From contig NC_068991.1 of the NCBI RefSeq assembly GCF_001194135.2, forward strand, positions 21,938,954 through 21,999,047: 60,094 bases of DNA. Direction: 5' to 3'. The position numbers and the translations under genes are program-made. The notes beneath the pieces were generated by a model. It did not search any database and was not told the origin of the DNA. It saw nothing but the letters and a program-made list of their open reading frames with translations. Below, in pieces: positions 52,914 through 60,094 of the stretch. Position 1 is the first letter of the stretch. Every line of letters begins with the position of its first letter. This stretch comes from Octopus bimaculoides. Taxonomy: Eukaryota.

Positions 52914-53623
52914 TCTTTCTTGGTAAATGATAGTCGGTTGCTGCATAACCAAAGCAGTTCCTACAATGCTGGGTTTTCTTAACAGTGTCAAATGTAAAGC
53001 GTGATGTAAAGAACATAAACTGTATGATTAATAGATATTGCATTGTGTATGAAGATAGTGCCTCCTTCTCTCAGATCGTATAACGTACGAATGATGAACT
53101 TCGTCAAATCTAGTCTTCTGAACACAAAGATACTGCTTCTGTTGTGTAAAGAATAAAATGCGGGGGAAGATGTGTTTCACGCAGAACTGAGATGGCTTTC
53201 AAGAGTCGTAGTCGTTGCAATGATGAAAGATTAATCTAAAGAATTCTTTTCGTTCGAGAAAACAGAATAAAGTATTCAAGATCACTTCTGATAAACGGAT
53301 TGCAAAGCTAACCTTCCTAAACGATTTATTTTTCTTATTAGTCAATGCAGCTAACAAGATACTTTAAGGCATCTAGCTACCGTTATACAGACTTAGTCAA
53401 CAAATTAAGATAATTTTGGATGAAATTTGAGCTGTAGAACGATAGGCTGGAAATGGGTCATGACAATGTTTTAGAGAATACGAGTCAAAGTTCTACACTA
53501 CTACAAGTGGACTTTCTTTATTCGGCACTTAGGCCTTAACATAGAGGGGAACACTACAAAGACAGACAACGTAATACAATACGTGGGGTACAAAGAATGA
53601 ATGATGAATGTGTAGTAATGCCG

Positions 53624-53633
53624 TGCGCATGCG
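53624..53633. promoter_or_regulatory. NRF1/Ewg-type motif in a CpG-rich putative promoter
   Basis: TGCGCATGCG matches 10 of 12 bases of the TGCGCATGCGCA consensus; high local CpG density; function inferred. Confidence 0.45.
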
Positions 53634-54052
53634 TGGAATTAAACAGCCAAGCGTTCCCGCTTAATTCTATCTTTTTTACGGTCGGCCGACCATGAGCATG
53701 GACGTGTTAAGCTGTCTCTTCACCATCTTTCGGACTTACACTCGACAGCTCGCTTGCAACTACATACCCACGTCCCAACAACTATGCTCACACACAACAG
53801 AAGCTGTAACAACAAGAGCTAAAGATGTATATATTTACCACCTGAATAAAGTGTTGTTTAAGTTGATAGTCTGGAGTTCAGCGTTCCGTTTATATTTCTT
53901 AATTGTATATAGGAAAGTCAGGTATACATCTAATGTTGTATAACCAACTTTCCTATAAATGAAATGAATTACTTACAATGAGGTGATGAAATGGTTTACG
54001 AGTCCCCCAAAACTCGCAGTTTCATTTAACAGTTCTCTCATACAGTTAATGA

Positions 54053-54790
54053 TCATGCTTTTTCTTTAACAATTGTAAGTGGCCACAGCTCCTCTACCGT
54101 TACTACACTTGGCAGAGTGTCGTAGCCCACGTATGATCCACTTATTTGAAACTTGTCCGGGTGTATCCGTTGCAGTCTCTGCATCACATACTCTTCCACC
54201 AATATAGTTATTCTTTTTTTCTTCAAGCGTTTCAATGTCCAGTTTAAGTCTTACTAATCCTTTTATTCTTGCAATCGTCTTTTCCAACTCTAAATCCTTG
54301 TCATAAAAAAATCACTGTTCTGATATTTTTAAAATCGACTCTTCCAATTACCTTTCCTTCCATCCTTGCTCTTNNNNNNNNNNNNNNNNNNNNNNNNNNN
54401 NNNNNNNNNNNNNNNNNNNNNNNNNNNNNNNNNNNNNNNNNTCGACCAATTCCTCCGCTTTTCCTTTCTTTTCACTTTTTCGTGCTCTGTATCTTGGGTT
54501 CGGTTCTCAGCTTCGTCTTTTCGGTTTCCATTTCCTTCTCTGTCTTTTTTTTTCCTTTCTTTTTTTGAGGGTTCTTTGGCGGCGATTCAGTCCGCATACG
54601 CTTTCTATCTGTTTCTTGAGAAATTTTCTCGCACTCCACAGTTTCTGCCTGTTTTTTTCTCCACCTCCTCTTGTACGCCTTCCACCATCTCCTCTTCACA
54701 GACCTCTATTTCTTCCACTTGTACTTCTCTGCGGGGACACACCGCCTGCATGTGTCCCCTACTTTTACACTTATAACAGATTGGACATAA
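54053..54790 (-). pseudogene. Gag-like LINE ORF1 remnant with CCHC zinc knuckle
   Basis: CYKCKSRGHMQAVC (CX2CX4HX4C), E/K-rich linker, frameshifted C-terminal block ending LWPLTIVKEKA*; small gap inside. Confidence 0.7.
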
Positions 54791-54837
54791 AATAATGTCA
54801 GTATGTTGGACCAAGCCTACTTCGTTTTGATATGTAA

Positions 54838-55050
54838 AAGCACGTGGCTAAGTAGTTAGGGTGTTGCACTCAAGATCGTGGTTTCGATTCTCAGACCAGT
54901 GGTGCGTTGTGTTCTTGAGCAAAACCCCTCACTTCACGTTACTCTAATCCACTCAAGTGTAAATGGGTAACCCTGTGACGGGCATTGCCCCTTTCAAGAG
55001 AAATGTTGGCCTGTTCGCCTAACCAACGGGATGGCATCATTCAAAAGCAA
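54838..55050 (+). mobile_element. Diverged tRNA-headed SINE
   Basis: gtggctaagtagttagggtg...gtttcgattctcagacc followed by tgtgttcttgagcaaaac core. Confidence 0.6.
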
Positions 55051-55106
55051 CAGCAATGCGAGGAAGCGACGACATCCGATAATCTGGTCGATACAGTGAT
55101 ATAATG

Positions 55107-55432
55107 AAGGCGCATAACTGAGTGGTTACAGTGTCGGGTTCACAATCATGAGGTAGTGAGTCCGATTCCCAGACCGGAATGTGTGTTGTGTTCTTGAGGA
55201 AGACACTTTATTTCGCGTTGCACCAGTTCACTCAGCTGTAGAAATGAGTTGCGACGTCACTGGTGCGAAGCTGCATCGGACTTTGCCTTTCCTTTGGACA
55301 ACATCGGTGGCGTGGAGAGGAGAGACTGGTATGCAAGGTCGACTCAACCTTGCCCGGACTTGTACCTTAGAGGGGAACTTTCTGGGTGCAATTCCATGAT
55401 CGTTCATGACCAATGGGGGGTCTTTACCCCTT
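55107..55432 (+). mobile_element. tRNA-headed SINE family D
   Basis: Head aggcgcataactgagtggttacagtg...gagtccgattccc; core gttcttgaggaagacactttatttc shared with family A'; distinct 3' end. Confidence 0.7.
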
Positions 55433-56734
55433 TATAGTGACCCAATGAAATAGTATACTATTTTCCAATTATTAGTGGATTGAATCAATTCATTTCATAC
55501 CCCTTTAAAATTAATTTCAGATCAGTTTCCAAACAATTCTCACGATAGATTTGTGAAATGTATTAATGATACCACAATGAAAGCACTTTCTGTAACCTCT
55601 TCCCAAATATTATTCTGGTGTTCCATGGTGAACTCTTACACATCTGTGAAAAAGAAATGTGTGAAGCACCGGTAACTGTTCCCGCTGGGAATAAACAATT
55701 TCAACAGCTAAAAACAAACTTCGTTGCCAGATTGTCAACTGAGAATGATATGTGGGTATGTCTCTGAAATTATGCCTAAGAATTCAGCTGCTCTGCAGAA
55801 AGGGCCATGCTAATCATTCTTATTGGAAATTTAACATTGGATGTAATGAAATAACTAATAAATGAGACGAGTATTGCTTGTTCCATGGTATCCATTCATT
55901 TTACACTATACTTTTCACAAGGGATACGCCAACATTACTAGACAGAATGAACGAGTGTTAATAATACATAGCTATAAGCTGAATTAATTCTCCAAGGCAG
56001 CCTTGATTCCAACAGTGACCATCCAGTTTTTGTTTTAAACAGCATACTCCAGACTTTAATTTCCACTTTAGTTTTCTGTTTATTGGACAGATTTGACTGC
56101 TATTTCCAGTAGATCAAACGACTACATAAGGCTCTCAGTTGAGTAGTGTCTATTGTTTTATACCATTTGGAATGACAAGTCAACGACGGGGCCTCTAACG
56201 TGGGGCATCTAATCTGCTAGAAATACCAGTCTATCTCCATTAAATTATATAAAATTGCTTTAAAAAAATTAAGGACATGCTTTTGAGTGTAGCTCTATGT
56301 ATGAAAAAACGGGCATGATGATCATTACTTGGATACTTTTTATTATTGGACTTTCCAAATCAGAGTTGATCTGTCGTTAAACTACAATGAACCCAGAACG
56401 ATGAAAGGCAAAGTCGATCCTGGCGGGATTCGAACTCAGAGCGTAAATACTGTAAAGTATTCTGTCCAATAACATGTCAACATTTTAAACTTTGCTATCA
56501 AATAATGGTTTCAAATTTTGGCAGAGATCCAGCAGTTTTTTTTAGGGGAGGGGGGAGTCTATTACAGGATAGAAGGCGTAAGTGACTTCGACGGGATTTG
56601 AACTGAGAACGTAAAGAACCGGAAAAAAAATTACCGCAAAGCTCTAATCCATATTTGCGAGACGTTATTTAAATAATGGTAGAATCCAAGAACCTGGTGT
56701 CATTTGGTGGAGGTACCTTATAAATAACAAACAA

Positions 56735-57488
56735 CAGGGATCACATTAGAATTTGCATCACACATGTAGATGTTGGAATTAACAACATACCTCCAGAGGT
56801 CGATGCCACTTGCTTGGTGGCAGCTATCATCATGGGCCTGGAGGAAAAAAATAACCATCCTTCAGGCCACAGTTGAGAAAGAGGAAAATTGGAAAGGGCA
56901 ATGCCTTTAGAAGAAATAGCGGAAATCATTAACATCGGCGAGGACAGACTTATAGTCTTCGTGGAGGGCAGGCAACCCAGGTGTTTTAACTGTGGTTTAA
57001 AAGGCCACATTAGATCCGAGTGTAAGCCCAAGGAAAAGCAACAAGAAGGAGAATTGGAAGAGAATACAAAGGAAGATACAACACATAATAACACCAATAC
57101 CAGAGGACAACACTCTACCAACACCAACAAGAGAGTGTGAAACCACAGTGGAAAGCGAAGCCAACGACAGAGAGGAGGGGTGGTCGACTGTGAGAAAATA
57201 AAGAAAAGAGAATCACAGACCGCCCCCACCAAAAAATACAAGAAGGAAAATACATGTATGGCCATCAAGGTAAACAATAATAGACTGATTAACCGTTTGG
57301 CAGCTACACCATCTGCCAAACGTACAGAGAAAAATTCATCAAAAGACTTTTTTATTTACAACATCGGCCGGAAGGATTACGGACGGATTAAGTCCGAATT
57401 CTTCCATGACGTAGGCCCTCTCAGAATGGATTTTTCACCATATATTCTTGAGGGCCTACGTCCAAGAAACCCACGAGCCCGGGGATGA
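56735..57488 (+). pseudogene. Tx1/L1-like LINE ORF1 remnant (CCHC knuckle)
   Basis: VEGRQPRCFNCGLKGHIRSEC; frameshifts; ends ...RPRNPRARG* at 57488. Confidence 0.8.
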
Positions 57489-57535
57489 GAGAAATAAAAG
57501 GAAGAAACGTCAAACCACTGATACGGAGATAGGCA

Positions 57536-57715
57536 ATGTCTAGTGTTCTTGTCGGTTGCTTAAATGTGCGTAGCCTGATGTCAGGCTGGAAGCAAGGTCG
57601 CTTCCTTAATAACATCAGGTTGCGGAATTTGGACGTTATTGTTGCTACAGAGACCCGGTTAAGGGGGCCAAGACATCTGCTCCCTCTGTTGAATGGCTAC
57701 GAGAGTTTTTTTTCT
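57536..57715 (+). pseudogene. LINE ORF2 N-terminus (APE endonuclease), 3'-truncated
   Basis: MSSVLVGCLNVRSL...LDVIVATETRL starting 47 nt after the ORF1 stop; no RT domain follows in the sequenced part. Confidence 0.8.
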
Positions 57716-58771
57716 CTCCAGGCTGTCCTTCTTGTGTTTTAGTCAAAAAAAATTATTAACTTCTTGCAGAGTTCGAGCACACGGCAACATAATATTTAAG
57801 TATTACGTGTCAAAAGTGAAACAAAAACACTCATGTCAAATACTTTCACTTTAAAAATGAAACTATTCCACTAACTGAAACAATCACATTTCGATACTGT
57901 AGTGACAGATACTTTCACAGAGAGAGAAAGAGAGAAAGAGAGAGACAGAAAGAGAGAGAGAGATGTATATGTATACATATACATGTATATGTACACCATT
58001 TCGATACTGTAATGACAGATACTTTCAGAGAGAGAGAGAGATGTATATGTATACATATAGATGTACACGTATATGTATATATNNNNNNNNNNNNNNNNNN
58101 NNNNNNNNNNNNNNNNNNNNNNNNNNNNNNNNNNNNNNNNNNNNNNNNNNNNNNNNNNNNNNNNNNNNNNNNNNNNNNNNNNNNNNNNNNNNNNNNNNNN
58201 NNNNNNNNNNNNNNNNNNNNNNNNNNNNNNNNNNNNNNNNNNNNNNNNNNNNNNNNNNNNNNNNNNNNNNNNNNNNNNNNNNNNNNNNNNNNNNNNNNNN
58301 NNNNNNNNNNNNNNNNNNNNNNNNNNNNNNNNNNNNNNNNNNNNNNNNNNNNNNNNNNNNNNNNNNNNNNNNNNNNNNNNNNNNNNNNNNNNNNNNNNNN
58401 NNNNNNNNNNNNNNNNNNNNNNNNNNNNNNNNNNNNNNNNNNNNNNNNNNNNNNNNNNNNNNNNNNNNNNNNNNNNNNNNNNNNNNNNNNNNNNNNNNNN
58501 NNNNNNNNNNNNNNNNNNNNNNNNNNNNNNNNNNNNNNNNNNNNNNNNNNNNNNNNNNNNNNNNNNNNNNNNAGTGGGCAGCAACAAAAAACCTATTTGT
58601 ATATGCTCCACAAGGGAAAACAAGGAACATAGTTTACAATGAGGTGTTATAATCACAACAGCAAGAAAGTATGTACATGATCACCTTCTTTTACGAAACT
58701 TCATTGACTTTCATATATTTATATTGATATACATATATATACGTGTGTTTGGGTGCGTGTGTGTATATACA

Positions 58772-58862
58772 TCTCTATATATAAAGATGATGCGTAGTCT
58801 AGACGGCGTTTTTAGATTTCATTATTCTCTTTAATTCGGGCAACGCCGGGTATTTCTGCTAG
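58772..58862 (+). mobile_element. 91-bp non-autonomous Helitron
   Basis: 5' TC(tctatatataaag); subterminal cgggcaacgccggg hairpin; 3' CTAG; sits between A58771 and T58863. Confidence 0.75.
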
Positions 58863-59654
58863 TCATCTATAAAAATGATGAAACTAATGGGCGGAATAGT
58901 TGTCACATATAAATCAGAATTCCTTCGATTTTTTTTTTATGTATTCTCTCACGTTTTATAGCATTCCACATTTCAAAACAGTTGAGAGCGGACATTTTTT
59001 TTTTTTTTAATTCAGGTTTCTCAAATGTCTCGCCCCTCACTCTCGTATATTAATTTTATATGTAGAAGCTTCATCGTTGGCTCATGGTGTTGCTGTTAAT
59101 TTTGTCGTGTTGCTGTCGTTGTTTAGGCAGTCTTTCATCGAGCACGCCTATGATGAAAAGGTGCTCCAAAAGTGATCAACCCCTTGTACTCCTCTCTGCA
59201 AGGAGCCAAGGACTAATCTGTCTTTTTCTCAAATGTTAGGGCTGATTTGAGAGGAATAAGATTAAAGGCAGTCTAGCTGTAACCGTCCCGTCTTTCCCCT
59301 ATGTACAAGTAACTCAGTCATATTATCCATTGATTTTTTTTTTTTTTCTAGGATGGCGAGGAGCAGTTTCAGGGACATTTGGTCACTATTTTTAGCTGTT
59401 TTTTAGATTACGTTCAAGCTCCCTCATTGATTCCAGTCAGATGTTTTTGGTCTCTATTTGGTATGTTGTTGACGTAAGTGTATCAAAGACTACATTTGTC
59501 AATGTACTATTCTTTTATTTCATTTAAAATTGTAAGGTGTGAGTTAAAGGGAGATTTTGCTGCTGTTTCAACCAAGTCGAACAACCACTTTATATACCGT
59601 CTTGTTAGAGTCTCATGATATTAAAATTTGTGACGACATGGATTTTTTGAATGA

Positions 59655-59872
59655 TAAAAATGGCTTCAAATCTTGGCACAAGGCCAGCAAGTTCTGGGGA
59701 GCGAGTCAGTCGATTTCATCGACTTCAGTGTTCGACTGGTATTTATTTTATCGACCCCAAAAGGGTGAACGACAAAGTCAGCCTCGGCGGCATTTGAACT
59801 CAGAACGTAAAGACGGACGAAATGCCGCCAAGCATTTTACCCGGCGTGCTAACGATTCTGCCAGTTCGCTGT
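59655..59872 (-). mobile_element. SINE family C with intact CpGs
   Basis: Same family as 40888-41512 but about 16 CpGs by manual count. Confidence 0.88.
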
Positions 59873-60094
59873 TTTGATGATGATAGTGACAGTGATGAGG
59901 ATTACGAGGCAATCAGAAGTGTTTCAGGTTGAAGAATACGAATAAAAAATAAAATAATTTCATTTTATTCGTGATAAGTACGATGGAAAGGGGAATGGTG
60001 GATGGGAGCGGGGGTGCGAAATGTTTTCTCTAAAAACTGTGGATTACAAGTGTTTCAAAATGTGGAGTACTATAAACAAGATGAAAAATGATGG

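Larger units (their letters stand above)
1872..58572. other. Assembly gaps (N runs)
   Basis: 1872-2710, 15715-15856, 20028-20735, 23755-23936, 24903-25763, 27928-28100, 29606-29722, 34244-34253, 40188-40287, 43764-43830, 54374-54441, 58083-58572; exons could be hidden in them. Confidence 0.99.

Noticed and set aside
1637-58656. Long ORFs in the track containing runs of X
   Set aside because: They span N gaps and are artefacts

Overview
AT-rich, repeat-saturated animal genomic DNA with 12 assembly gaps. The repeat families and composition suggest an Octopus genome (inference; no search was run). There is no CRISPR array, rRNA or true tRNA gene. Most of the window is transposon-derived: several tRNA-headed SINE families, RTE, CR1/Jockey-group and Tx1/L1-like LINE fragments, mariner, Tc1, hAT and Helitron remnants, MITEs and microsatellites. 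Scattered among these are short unique segments with good minus-strand splice sites and open frames (43570-43503, 32995-32912, 30801-30716, 13863-13673). They look like exons of a large host gene whose protein I cannot identify. CpG is strongly depleted up to about 50.4 kb and abundant after it, with an NRF1-type motif at 53624. This fits a methylated gene body plus an unmethylated promoter for a minus-strand gene. Other notable items: a palindrome centred on a hAT target site (possible excision footprint), a foldback element with ~97-bp arms, an inverted SINE pair, a 91-bp Helitron, a nested hAT/Helitron/TTAA-MITE stack, and two divergent CCHC gag-like ORF1 remnants beside the putative promoter. 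I found no convincing wholly new biological system; the gene model and regulatory interpretations are hypotheses.
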